A program made the position numbers and the translations under genes. 55,960 bases of DNA from Chiloscyllium plagiosum (taxonomy: Eukaryota): assembly GCF_004010195.1 (NCBI RefSeq), contig NW_025215381.1:838184-894143 (forward strand), read 5' to 3'. The notes beneath the pieces were generated by a model that was not told the DNA's origin, did not search any database, and saw nothing but the letters and a program-made list of their open reading frames with translations. Shown here one piece after another: positions 25,258 to 36,836 of this stretch (the stretch's first letter is position 1; each line of letters begins with the position of its first letter).

Positions 25258-26077
25258 ATAGAATCCCTACAGTGTAGAAACAGGCCATTTGGCCCAATAA
25301 GTCCACACCGACTATCCGAACAGAAACCCACCCAGACCAATTCCCCAACCCCTATTACTCTACATTTCCCCTGACTAATGCACCTAACCTACACATCCCT
25401 GAACACTATGGGGCAATTTGGCACGGCCAATCCACCCTAACCTACACATCTTTGGATTGTGGGAGGAAACTGAGCACCCAGAGAAAACCCACACAGACAC
25501 AGGGAGAATGTGCAAACTCCACACAGACAGGCAACTGAGGCTGGAATCCAACCTGGGTCCCTGGCGCTGGGAGGCAGCAGTGCTAACCACTGAGCTACCA
25601 TGACACCCCCATGTAGCTCACCACCATCTTGCCAAGGGCAACTGGGAACAGACAATAAATGTTTGAAACATATCACGAACGAATAAAAGAAAAAATACCT
25701 GGATTGGAAGCTGGTGAGTGACAGTCTTAAGGAATAATTGTTTTAGTTTTAAATTAGTAATTAAGTAAACATTAGTCTTTATGTTACAAGAAGCTTCATT
25801 GCAGCCTTAATGCAGGAGTATACAAGTCCTTGTAGCACAGTGGTAGTGTCCATACCTCTGCTTCAAGAGGCCCTGGTTTAAATCCCACCTGCTTCAGTAC
25901 ATTTTGGGAAGCCCAGAGCCCTCCGTGGTCTGCCACGTGCTGCGATGTCGTTCAGAGTGTGAACAGGGAGTTCGAGGGTGGGGCTTTCTTCTTCCACTGC
26001 ATTTTTAACTTGCTACTGTTGGTCTTTCCAAGGAAGGAGCTGATTCGTGACTACTGGTAAAGTTATTCTTGTTTTAA
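25258..26077 (+). repeat. Local duplication copy 2
   Basis: Offset 3792-3793 bp from copy 1; the CR1 segment is truncated at 26077. Confidence 0.92.
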
Positions 26078-27448
26078 ATCTGGTACAATTACATAGTTAC
26101 AGGTACAGTCTTGTAATTAAGACGACTAAAATCACTGAATGAGAGAGAGATGCTTCAAAGCGAGCAGAATCCTGCAGTGTTAAAGTTTCCTTCACACATT
26201 TCTCCAACTTGCTTAAATACATCCATTTCCTCCATGTGGTCGTCGGGACCGAGAGGGAAACGCCCATGAACGCAAGAGCCGACAGATGAGCGAGTGTGCT
26301 TCACGGTCAGAGATATTGTATTTCTATTGAAAATCTCGACTAAGATATGTCCCTCTCACCCATCTACCATCTCAGTTTGATGAAAAAGCTTAGGACTGAA
26401 TGAAGAGTAGGAGCAGACTCCTTGCTGATGTCCTGATCAATATTTACTCCTCTACTGATGTTTAGTAAGCCATGTCATTACCCAGTCACTTGTCTTATGG
26501 TGGGATTTTGCTGTCCAACTTGACTGCACTTTAGAACTCACTCCACTGGTTATGCAGCCCCTCACACAACACTAAGCTGACACAAGACCAATCTGATATC
26601 ACAGTCTGTCAGTCAGCTGGGGAACGGGGTTACCAGCAAGGTGGGGGGTGGGAGGCTGATGAAAACCCAGCAATCTCCCGAGAGCACTAGTAAAGACCAG
26701 ATCAGATGCACTAATCCTGCTGACAGGTCCCTTTCATCTCAAAACAGAGAAAGACAAAAGCAGAAAGAGAATTTTAAAGTAATGAGCTGCAGGGAGATGC
26801 AGATTAAAGGGATGCAGCACGGGAGGAGCAGAGGGTTTATAACTATCCTTTAGGGAAGGGAATCTGCTGACCTTACCCAGTCTGGCCTTGATGCAACTCC
26901 AGAGCCACAGTAACGTACTTGAATCTTAACAGCCCTTTGAAATGGCTCAGCAAACCCTTCAGTCCAAGGTTAATAAGAGATGGACAATAAACACCCACAT
27001 CCTCAGGGAGAAGAGGACTGCAGAGGATTCCAACAGGGAGGCAAAGAAAGAACCCAAATTATCAGTTACATTTGGCTTCGACCTGGTACATCAAGACAAC
27101 CACTCCAGCAACATTGGCACGGGTTTTACGGTGGAAAGGGCATCAGCATTCAACCAGACAAGGCGACACAGACAGCCCACGGCCTTGCTCGGCTAGGGCT
27201 TCATTGATCACTACAAGCTAAAATCTACCCCCCCCCTCACTTTGTCTTTGTTTAAACACAGGATCTAAATTGAGATAATTTACTTGATACAAATCTGTCA
27301 CCATTTGTCCGCAGAAGCAATGGCAAATGTTTCACTGTTCACAGTGGCATCTGTCCTGAACGTGGTCCTCTTTCACACAAGCTGAGAAACTTTGTGGGTA
27401 AGCCATGTGAGGGTGGGGTCGAACTAAGTGAACCTTCTCAAGCCGATC

Positions 27449-27532
27449 TTACTGGTGGTAATAACGCTGTCCCTGACTGTGCTGAAGGTAGGCGTGTCGG
27501 GGAGCAGGCTGACCTGTTGCTTGGAATCCAGC
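27449..27532 (-). CDS. GPS2: GPS2 last coding exon, 84 nt: AGFQATGQPAPRHAYLQHSQGQRYYHQ*
   Basis: Acceptor tgtgtctttgccag|GCT, TAA stop at 27451-27449; matches the GPS2 C-terminus SGFAATSQPGPRLPFIQHSQNPRFYHK. Confidence 0.94.
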   Translation of the reverse strand, partial: AGFQATGQPAPRHAYLQHSQGQRYYHQ

Positions 27533-27799
27533 CTGGCAAAGACACAAGACAACAACTCAGTCAGTCAGAAACAGTTGTGTAAGAAAGAAGAAAACACATC
27601 AACAGTTCGAGACCCACCAATCCCCGCCAGTGCCAGTCTAATGAAACTCTGCTAATCTGCAAATTAACTGCTCTCTCATGAAATGTATACAGTAAAGCTT
27701 TCTCTACTTTTTTAAACTGAAATTAAACTGGAAAAAAAGCTCCCTGGACACTGTCCATCAAAAACTCCAAGGCAGAGATAACACTGGGTTAGGTGTAGA

Positions 27800-28695
27800 G
27801 TAAAGATGAGGTGATGCATTTTGCAAGGTCATGTACAGGTGGAAATTATACAGTGAATGGTAGAAACCTTAAGAGTATTGATATGCGGACAGACCTGGTA
27901 CGCAGGTAGTAAAAAATGGCTTATGGCATGCTTGCTTCGATTGGAAGGGGCACTGGGTGTAAGGATAGACAAGTTATACTTCAGGGGAAAGTGAGGACTG
28001 CAGATGCTGGAGATCAGAGTCACATGTGTTGCTGGAAAAACACAGCAGGTCAAGCAGCATCCGAGGAGCAGGGGAACTGACATTTTGGGCAAGAGCCCTT
28101 AATCAGGAATAGGCTTGTGCTCCAGCTTTATAAAACTTCAGTTAGGTCACACTTGGAATATTGCGTACAGTTCTGGTCACACTACCAGAAGGATGGCGAT
28201 GCTTTGGAGAAGATACAGAAAAGGTTTACCAGGAAGTTGCCTGGCTTGCGGGATTTTAGCGATAAAGGAAGGTTGGATAAACTGGGTTTGTCTTCACTGG
28301 AATGCAGGAGATTGAGGGGCAACCTGATAGAAGTTCATAAGATTATGAATGGCATGGATAGGGTGGAAAGTATGAGTCAAATACAAGGGGACACAGGTTC
28401 AAGGTGCAAGTGGTGGCAGTTTGGGGGGAATGGGGTGAGGAGGAGGAGTTTAAAAGATATGTACAAGGTAAGATTTTTCACACAAAGAGTGCCTGTAACG
28501 ATCTGCCAGAGGTGGTGCTGGAAACAGACACACGAACAGTATTCAAGGAGCACCTGGACAAATACATGAATAGGAAGGGAATAGTGAGTTACAGATCCTG
28601 TAAGTAAAGACAGTTTACATATGGAAGAGCAAAATGTGTCAGCACAGGCTTGGAGGGCCAAAGGGCCTGTCCCTGTGCTGTATTGTTCTTTGTTG
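27800..28695 (+). mobile_element. CR1 3' fragment interrupted by a Penelope-terminal arm at about 27985-28112
   Basis: [33 protein letters not shown]. Confidence 0.85.
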
Positions 28696-28960
28696 TTAAA
28701 GCCCCCTCTTGCCTTTTAAACAGAAAGTAAATGTCAGTGTCTCCATTCAACACTCCCAGGCCAGGACAGCACGGGTTTTAAATAAAGTCGTGCTCCCTCG
28801 TCACCTAGCCTCAGCTGAGCTCAGGGCTCATTGCACCAGTTCCCTGTTCATGGAACTGTTGAATGCAACCCGTCCAACAAACGAGAGAGAACTGGCCAAT
28901 AACCACAGCCTCTGTTTTAAGAAAACACAGAAATTCATTCACCGATGGTCAGATACTCAC

Positions 28961-29044
28961 CGGCAGGGTCTGCTGAGGTGGGGTCCCATGTGGGAAGGCC
29001 CCAGGTGATGCTGGTCTCTGTGGATGGACATAGGTTAGCCCAGC
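28961..29044 (-). CDS. GPS2: GPS2 penultimate coding exon, 84 nt: AGLTYVHPQRPASPGAFPHGTPPQQTLP
   Basis: Strong acceptor ttttctcctgtccctcag|GCT, donor CCG|gtgagt, phase 0 to 0, open frame, P/Q-rich; only weak similarity (HPQ) to the human penultimate exon. Confidence 0.8.
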
Positions 29045-30639
29045 CTGAGGGACAGGAGAAAACAGCCTCATTAAAATGGCAGCACTGAACCCTCATTCAC
29101 GCTGTCATTACCTACTACCGCTTTGCGGGAAGCTGTTAGCATTAATAGAGGATGGTTCACAGTGGGTCAAGGGAGAAGTAAGAGTTCTGACACTACCCCC
29201 ATCTCTCAGAAGCTTAGAGGTTTGGCCCAGCTTCAGCATAAATTGCGCAATCTTCTTGTTCACATTGAACGCACTGCGCTGCTGGTCAAAGTGGGTACGG
29301 TATTGCTTTCCCACCTTCCCAGTGTTAGATTAGCCAGAAAACTTCAGCCTTATCCCCAGAAGTGGCTTTGAATCTGAGCTGAGGAACGGAAAGGAGATGG
29401 CCTAATGATGACTGAGGGTGGGTTTAACAGTTACGAAAGAACTGGGATGTTACCTCTGCTTCCTGGTCCACTCCTCCCTCCAGCTAAATGCACTCACCAG
29501 AGAGGCCAAACTTTCCTCGTTCTGTTGCGGGGCTGGCCGGAGCTCTCCAGGACAGAGAAAGGATGCAATCAAGAGAATGGCCCCTCGATGGCCACAGACC
29601 TCACCTGCCCTCCATTCCTCCCTCCTTGGCCAAGCCAGGAATTGGGAGAGGAAAGCAGCGAATTTTGGAAAGAAAAGTTGGAGGTTAGAAAGAGAAGACC
29701 CAAGGGCTGACCTGATCGAGGTCTTTAAAATGAAGAAGACAGTTAAGTAGGGTAGACGCAGAAAACTTGTTTACACTTACACGGAAGACTAGAACTTGCT
29801 GTTCCTGAAGGCGCTCAACCTCAGTCAGACCGTAATAAATCTGAACAGGAATTCAAGAGAAAGATCTTCACCCAGATAGTGGGGAAATGTGGAGCTTGCT
29901 CCCACAGACAGCAGTTGAGGGGAACAGTATTGTCGTGCTGAGGAGGGCAAACATGAGGGAGAAGGAAGATAGGCTGAAAAGGGGAAGTTGAAGAGGGGTT
30001 TAGGAAGTTCACGGAGAGAAGAAACACCTGAGCAGAAGGGCCAAAAGGCCTGTGTCTGGGCTGTTAATGTTATAGGCTTTAAAAAAAAAACACTGGGTTT
30101 CAATGCTTTGGCCATTGTACCTCAACTATGAATTTCAACAGGAGACCAATCTCTTTCTCAGATGGTCTGTGATCAGTTTTAAAACATTCCAGAACGCTTG
30201 GCAGGCCTTGGTAAAGGTTGCTCTTTATGAATGCCCTTGAGATTTGGAGGAGAGGGGCTGGCGGGGTGGGCCACAGGGGACCTTTCTTTGTCTTGCTGGC
30301 TCTGGGCAAGGGTCAGCTGGCTTAGGAGATGTTGGGACAGAGGACCTGCAAATAGATAGGGTACATACTTAACAAGAAAAGTCAAAATGTTGATACACAA
30401 AAGCCCATTCAAACCTTTCTGACTATAACATGCAGAAGCTTAGTGCCTCAAATCTCTCAGGGCATCATCCCGCTCCTGCAGACACATGAGCATCCACTCC
30501 TCTGAAGTTTAAGCTTGTTTTATCCTCTTGCCATCAGATGAGGTTTGCACTTTCTGAGTAAGAATGAACCCCACAGCAATCACCAGAAATATCAGCATTC
30601 CATGCCTGTGCTTAGCTGGACACTCACTCCACACATATA

Positions 30640-32320
30640 CGTACAGCACAGGAACAGACCCATTGGCCTACAACCATGGTCTAACCCGTCCATGCTGACC
30701 AGATATCCCAACCCAATCTAGTCCCACCTGCCAGCACCCGGCCCATATCCCTCCAAACCCTTCCTATGCATATACCCATCCAAATGCCTTTTAAATGTTG
30801 CAATTATCTTGCATATTCACATGCTTAACTAAAAGACTTGTATCTGCCTCCACCACCACCCATGCCAGACACCTAGTACTCTGTAAAAAACAAACTTGCC
30901 CCTCACATCTCCTTTGAACTTTCCCCTTCTCACCTTAAAGATGCATTCTGCCCAGTATCAGACATTTCAAAACTGAAAGAACTGCGGACGCCGTAGAGCA
31001 GAAACAAAAACAGCAACTTCTGGAAAAGCTCAGCAGGTCTAGCAGCATCTGTGAAGAGAAACCAGAGTTAACCTTTGAGGTCTGAGGAAGGGTCGTCGGA
31101 CCCTAAGCATTAACTCCGATTTCTCTTCACAGATGCTGCTAGACCTGCTGAGCTTTTCCAGAAATTGCTGTTTTTGTTACTAACCACACCTCCTATATTC
31201 ACTTTATTTTATATAAATGACAAAAAACCGTGGACCCAGCACCAATCCTTGCGCCACACCACGGTCACAGGCCGCCACTCTGAAAAGCAACATTCCACTA
31301 TCACACGTGGGCTCCTACCTTCAAGTCAATGTTATTCAAATGGTCAGTTCTCCCTGTATTCATTGTGATCTAACCTTGCTAACCAGTCTACTGGATGGAA
31401 TCTTGTCAAATGTCTTACTGAAGTCCATACAGATAACATATACCACTCTGCCCTCATCAATCCTCTTAGTCACTTCCTCAAAAACTCAAATTAGTGAGGC
31501 ACAATCTCCCACACACAAAGTCATGTTGACTACCCCCACTCAGTCCCTGCCTTTCCAAATACATGTCAATCCCGTCCCTCAGAATCTCCTCCAACAACCT
31601 GCCCATCACTGATGTCACACTCACTAGTCCATAGTTCTCTGGCTTTCCCTTACCACCTTACTTAAACAATGGCACCAGTCTTCTGGCACCTTACCCACGG
31701 CTATCAATCATACAAGTAAGTCAGCAAGGGGCCCAGCAATCACTTCCCTAGCTTCCAACAAATTCTCGGATACACCTGATTTGGTCCCAGGACTTTATCC
31801 ACCTTTCATTAGAGAGAAGGTTGAGAGGTGGCTTAATTGAGACATATAAGATAATCAGAGGGTTAGACAGGGTGGACAGTGACAGTCTTTTTCCTCAGAC
31901 AGTGATGGCTAGCACAAGTAGGCATAGCTTTAAATTGAGGGGTGATAAATATTGGACAGATGCCAGAGGTAGTTTCTTTACTCAGAGTAGTAGAGGTGTG
32001 AAATGGCCTGCCTGCAAATAGTAGCAAACGCACCAACTTTAAGGGCATTTTAATGGTCATTGGATAGACATACGGATGAGAATGGAATAGTGTAGGATAG
32101 ATGGGCTTCAGATTGGTTCCACAGGTCGATGCAACAGAGGGCCGAAGGGCCGGTACTGTGCTGGAATGTTCTATGTTCTAAACCATTTTAAGCACTTCCT
32201 CTGCAAAATGGATACTTTTCAAGATATGGCTATTTATTTCCCCACGTTGTCTAGCTTCCACATCCTTCTCCACAGAATTACTGATGCAAAATACTCATTT
32301 AGTATCTCATTCATCTCTTA
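30640..32320. mobile_element. Nested CR1 fragments: minus-strand RT remnant with a plus-strand 3' end at 31810-32182
   Basis: RT-like antisense ORFs and RGGLIETYKIIRGLDRVD. Confidence 0.75.
30969..31178. mobile_element. Palindromic Penelope-terminal element (family 3) with a degenerate hammerhead
   Basis: Inverted arms ctggaaaagctcagcaggtctagcagcatctgtgaagagaaa; centre CUGAGGA-A-GGGUC(GUCG)GACCC-UAAG at 31082. Confidence 0.75.
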
Positions 32321-32881
32321 TCCTTATTCAAGTTGGCTTACCCACCAGAAGTGTAAATCATTTTCCTGATCCTGGGTTACTGTCACAGCCTTGCCCAAAA
32401 CTACCTCAGCACTGGGATCAACTGAGATCTCAGCAAAGCCTGTGAAATTATCTGCTCAGAACACTTCTCTCGCACCCGGGCAATAGTTGCTGTCTTTACA
32501 CAAAGGACAATCGAGGCAAGACCAGACAATGACTGCAAATGGTCAGTCAATATAGCAGCAAGGATGAAAGTTAAAAACGTAGAGCTGGGACTAAAACAGT
32601 CATGAATTCCTATCATATGGGGTGACAGACATAGGATGCTTGGCTCCATTCGGATTGGGTACAGCAGACTGAATGGAAGGAGTTTTGGTCCGTTGGGATG
32701 GCCCACAATGGGAGCAACCAGGAAGGGGTTTGTGTACAATGCGAGTAAACGGGAAGAGGTTTGGTCCTTTGAGATTCTGATGGACAGGTAGTTTGCCCCA
32801 AGGAACTCAAGTTGAATTGCTTGTTTGAACCCGACTGGTTGAGAACAGTGGAGTGAGAATGCAGCCAACAGGACTACGTAC

Positions 32882-32961
32882 TGAATCAGTGAATCCAGAC
32901 TGTTGGTTTGCATGTTCCAGCTGTTTCTGCAATGGAATCGCCGTACTCGGGGGAATGAAGC
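32882..32961 (-). CDS. GPS2: GPS2 coding exon, 80 nt: (G)FIPPSTAIPLQKQLEHANQQSGFTDS
   Basis: Acceptor ttttcattacag|GC, donor TCA|gtacgt, phase 1 to 0; LQKQxEHANQQxGFxDS matches GPS2. Confidence 0.95.
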
Positions 32962-33614
32962 CTGTAATGAAAACAAAGGGAGATATAGATGAGAACCTGG
33001 AAAAACGATCAACAAGTGGAAAGGTCACCACTCCCTAACTGCGCTTAAAGATCAGCAAGGGTCAAACCAACCAGATAAACAGTGCCCTCAGTTCTTTTAA
33101 CTAAGCAAGGGGCTCGATTAATCACCCTAATTTTCTTGGTATGTTCATACATGTGCACACACATTTAAAATGTAGTTACTGATGCAGTGCCAGAAATGCA
33201 GCAGCAAATCTATGCACAGCACGACGCTACAAACACCAACATGACAAATAGCCAAAGAATCGATAGTGATGTTAATTGCTAAGATAGATATCGCCCAAGA
33301 TGTCTGAGAAAGCTCCCTCAGGTGCTTTTCTTTGCTCACAAAAGAGGGCATATATGGAGTTTCAAATGAAAACATGTGCTGCACTCCCTCACAATCTGGA
33401 CTTGGTGGATTATGTGCGCAAGTCTCTGCGATAGATTCTGAACAGCGTCCCTATGTTCCACAGTTACCAGGCTGAATTTTGATTCCTCCACTTGGTCAAA
33501 TATCTAGCAGTCCAGAGCCACTACTGCCATCACCTCATGCCAATAGGGAAGGCACCAGAAATACTTAAAAGGTTAACATGAGCTTCTGGCCCTCTCCCAA
33601 TCAGCCATCCTTAC

Positions 33615-33701
33615 CTTGCTGAGGTGTAAAATGCCCGTGGACAGCGTAGGCCGTTTGCTGATGTGGGAGGTATGCAGACATTGCCTGGAAAGCAGATGGA
33701 C
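33615..33701 (-). CDS. GPS2: GPS2 coding exon, 87 nt: (G)PSAFQAMSAYLPHQQTAYAVHGHFTPQQ
   Basis: Acceptor ttcttttaccag|GT, donor AAG|gtaagg, phase 1 to 1; PSAF and YAVHGHF are identical to GPS2. Not in the supplied ORF track. Confidence 0.95.
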
Positions 33702-34246
33702 CTGGTAAAAGAACACAAGAGAATCATTAATAACAACTTGCATTCAGAGCACGTTTAACACAGATACACATCTCAGAGGATTATTTAGCAAATAAAATCC
33801 AATGCTTAATCACAAGGAGACATTAGAACATAAACTTCAGGAAAGATGCATTATCAAGAAAGAGTAGTTGAGGGAGAAAATTCCAAAGCTGAGTGTTTTA
33901 TTCCATAAAAGCCAGGAGGTAAGGAGTAAAACTGGAGTCAATGTTCCCACAATTTTAATTTATTTACAGGTTTATACATTTCAAGCATACATCTTCAAAA
34001 GCAGCAACCAAAATTTAGTCTGTATTTCTCACAGAATCGAATTGCTGCCCAATTCATGTCCGTAATAAATACATAATGAAAGTTTCTGGCTCAGGTAACT
34101 GAAGATCTCCCGATTAAAACCCATTTAGACATCTTCTTAATCCACCCAATGACCACGATAGTCTTCCATCAGTCTACAGACCAAGTTCACTCTGGGTTCT
34201 GGTGTCTGAGCTGATGGTGACACTCCTAGATTCAACCTGGACTCAC

Positions 34247-34415
34247 CTCGAAGCTGCTGGCTGCTGGCATAGGTGACAGCCTGGCCTGGACCATAAGGTG
34301 CTCCATGTTGGGGCTGGCTCACTGGGTAACTGCTATGTCCTGGCTGACCAGACTGGTACTGAGCATGGTCTGGCTGAGCAGCTGTGAATCCAGCCTGTGC
34401 AGTGAATGCACGACT
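34247..34415 (-). CDS. GPS2: GPS2 coding exon, 169 nt: SRAFTAQAGFTAAQPDHAQYQ...VTYASSQQLR
   Basis: Acceptor ttttgttcacag|AGT, donor GAG|gtgagt, phase 0 to 1; PDHAQYQ and SQQLR match GPS2 PEHGQFQ and SQQLR. Confidence 0.93.
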
Positions 34416-35584
34416 CTGTGAACAAAATGGAAGAGACATTGAGAGGTGGCTCCCGGGCAGATGGAGAGAGAAATCTGGGAGGAGGTCTAGAATAATCTGG
34501 TATGGGGTGTGGAATAGGAGATAGGAGAGAGATCGCCAAGGAAGGGCACAAATGAGACAGAGGACATGCACCTGGGATGTCAACGGGGAGAGTGTGGTCC
34601 AGGCCCTAGAAAGCAAACGAGAGTGACTAAAGGTGAAAGGGACTGCGCAAGGTAAGGAAGCAGAATGGGCATACGCTACAAGATACACAGTGAGACAGTA
34701 ATACACCAACAAAGGAAGCGACATAGAGAAGGAGAGAGACCATGGGACAGAAGAGAGGAAATGAGGGTTATGGTTGGGTTCGGGTTCCTTTTCCAATTCA
34801 GTTCTTATTATATCAAGGTGCTGACTAGGTATCTGACTTGATGAAGAACAGCCTGTTTCCCACACAAGTTCAACATATAAAAGATTACGGAGTAGGACGG
34901 AGAACACGTTGCAGAGGCCATATTAGAACATTGGGCTAATGTTCTGTGAATCTCCCTATGGTAGATAGTGAAATGTGACTTCAAAAAATACCTAGGGTAA
35001 AAAGCTATCCTCGACCATTGTCGATTGCAATAAAAAAAATTTGGTTCTCTAATCCACTTCAGTGAAGGAAATCTGCATTGTACATGGTCCGACTCCAGTC
35101 GCACAGCAATGTGACTGACTCTTAACTGTCCTCTGTACAATTAGAGATAAGCAAGAAATGTTACACCCATATTCCATGAACAAAAACAAAAACGTGGCCT
35201 GATAAGAAAAGGCTGTTGGATAAAGAAGGGTAGTAACAGAAGCCTGGATGGAATTATTTACAGTTAGAGTACTTTTTGCTTCCTCAAAAAACCCAAACTC
35301 TTCAGATCCAATAAATTGCCATTGAGATGGAACAAAGAACAGAGAGAACAGGACCACCAGCCCTGTACTGATTATTGTGCCCAAACCAAACTAAAAAAAC
35401 AAACCTTTTGCCCTCATTCGGTCCATATCCCTCTATTCCCAGCCTATTCATGTAACCATCCAGATGCTTCTTCAATGTCACCAATGTGCCTGCTTCCACC
35501 ACCTCTTCTGGCCGTGTGCTCCAGGCTCCTCCCACTAAACGTCCCTCATACATCTCCCTTCAACTCTGCTCCTCTTACCTAGAA

Positions 35585-36029
35585 GAAAGTGAGGACTGCA
35601 GATGCTGGAGATCAGAGCTGAAAATGTGTTGCTGAAAAAGCGCAGCAGGTCAGGCAGCATCCAAGAAGAAGGAGAACCGACGTTTCAGGCATGAGCCCTT
35701 CTTCCTCCCTCCTCTTGCAAGGATGCCTTCCTTGAAGAAGCTCTCTTCCTCCCTCATTCCTGAAACGTCGATTCTCCTGCTCCTGGGATGCTGCCTGACC
35801 TGCTGCGCTTTTCCAGCAACACATTTTCAGCTCTGATCTCCAGCATCTGCAGTCCTCACTTTCTCCTAGAAGATTTTAACCTACTGCGAATCCTCTTGCA
35901 AGGATGCCTTCCTTGAAGAAGCTCTCTTCCTCCTTCATTCCTGAAGGGCTCATGCCCGAACATCGATTCTCCTGTTCCTTGGATGCTGCCTCACCTGCTG
36001 CGCTTTTCCAGCAACACATTTTCAGTTCA
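35585..36029. mobile_element. Composite family 1 Penelope-terminal element: inverted arm plus two tandem ~181-bp units
   Basis: 12-bp target-site duplication tcttacctagaa (35573-35584, 36030-36041); cctcttgcaaggatgccttccttgaagaagctctcttcctcc at 35711 and 35892. Confidence 0.85.
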
Positions 36030-36836
36030 TCTTACCTAGAATCCGTGTCCTCCTTCTAACTGAAACTTCAATCATGGGGAAAAAAGCCTTCGACTAATCA
36101 TCCTATCGATGCCTCTCATACTTCTGTAGAGCTCTATCTGGTCTTTCTAATGAAAACAATCCTAGTCTTTTTAACCTTTCCTCACGGCCAATGCCCTCAA
36201 GCCCAGACAACATCCTGGTGAACCATCTCTGCCCTTTCTCCAAAGTTTCCCCATCCTTCTAGTAGTGTCATAGAGTCATAGGGATGTACAGCACAGAAAC
36301 AGACCCTTCGGTCCAAACCGTCCATGCCGACCAGATATCTCGACCCAATCTAGCCCACCTATCAGCACCCGGCCCATATCCCTCCAAACCCTTCCCATTC
36401 ATATACCCATCCAGATGCCTTTTAAATGCTGTAATTGTACCAGCCCCCACCACTTCCTCTGGCAGCTCATTCCATGCACATACTACCCTGTGTGCGAAAA
36501 CATTGGCCCCCAGGGTCACATTTATATCTTTCCCCCCTCACCCTAAACCTATGTCTTCTAGTTCTGTACACCCCCACTCTAGGCAAAAGACATTGTCTAT
36601 TTACTCTATCCATGCCCTTCATGATTTTATAAACCTCAATAAGATCACCCCCTCAGTCTCCAACACTCCAGGGCAAACAGCCCCAGCCTAGTCAGCCTCT
36701 CCCTATAGCTCAAACCCTCCAATCCTGGCAGCATCCTTGTAAATCTTTTCTGAACCCTTTCAAGTTTCACAATATCCTTCTGATTCCAGAACTGCACACA
36801 ATATTCCAACAGTGGCCTAACCAATGTCCTGTACAG

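Noticed and set aside
29498..29545. Minus-strand donor gtgagt with upstream LRPAPQQ-like frame as a candidate for the missing GPS2 exon
   Set aside because: Acceptor would be a weak GAG, and similarity is limited to three residues
32342..32439. Phase 1-to-0 exon-like segment (GFAEISVDPSAEVV...HFWW) that could be mutually exclusive with the 32882-32961 exon
   Set aside because: Weak polypyrimidine tract and no similarity to GPS2; probably chance splice-like motifs
32401..33015. 204-aa minus-strand ORF overlapping a GPS2 exon
   Set aside because: Different frame from the real exon, non-ATG start and no recognisable homology
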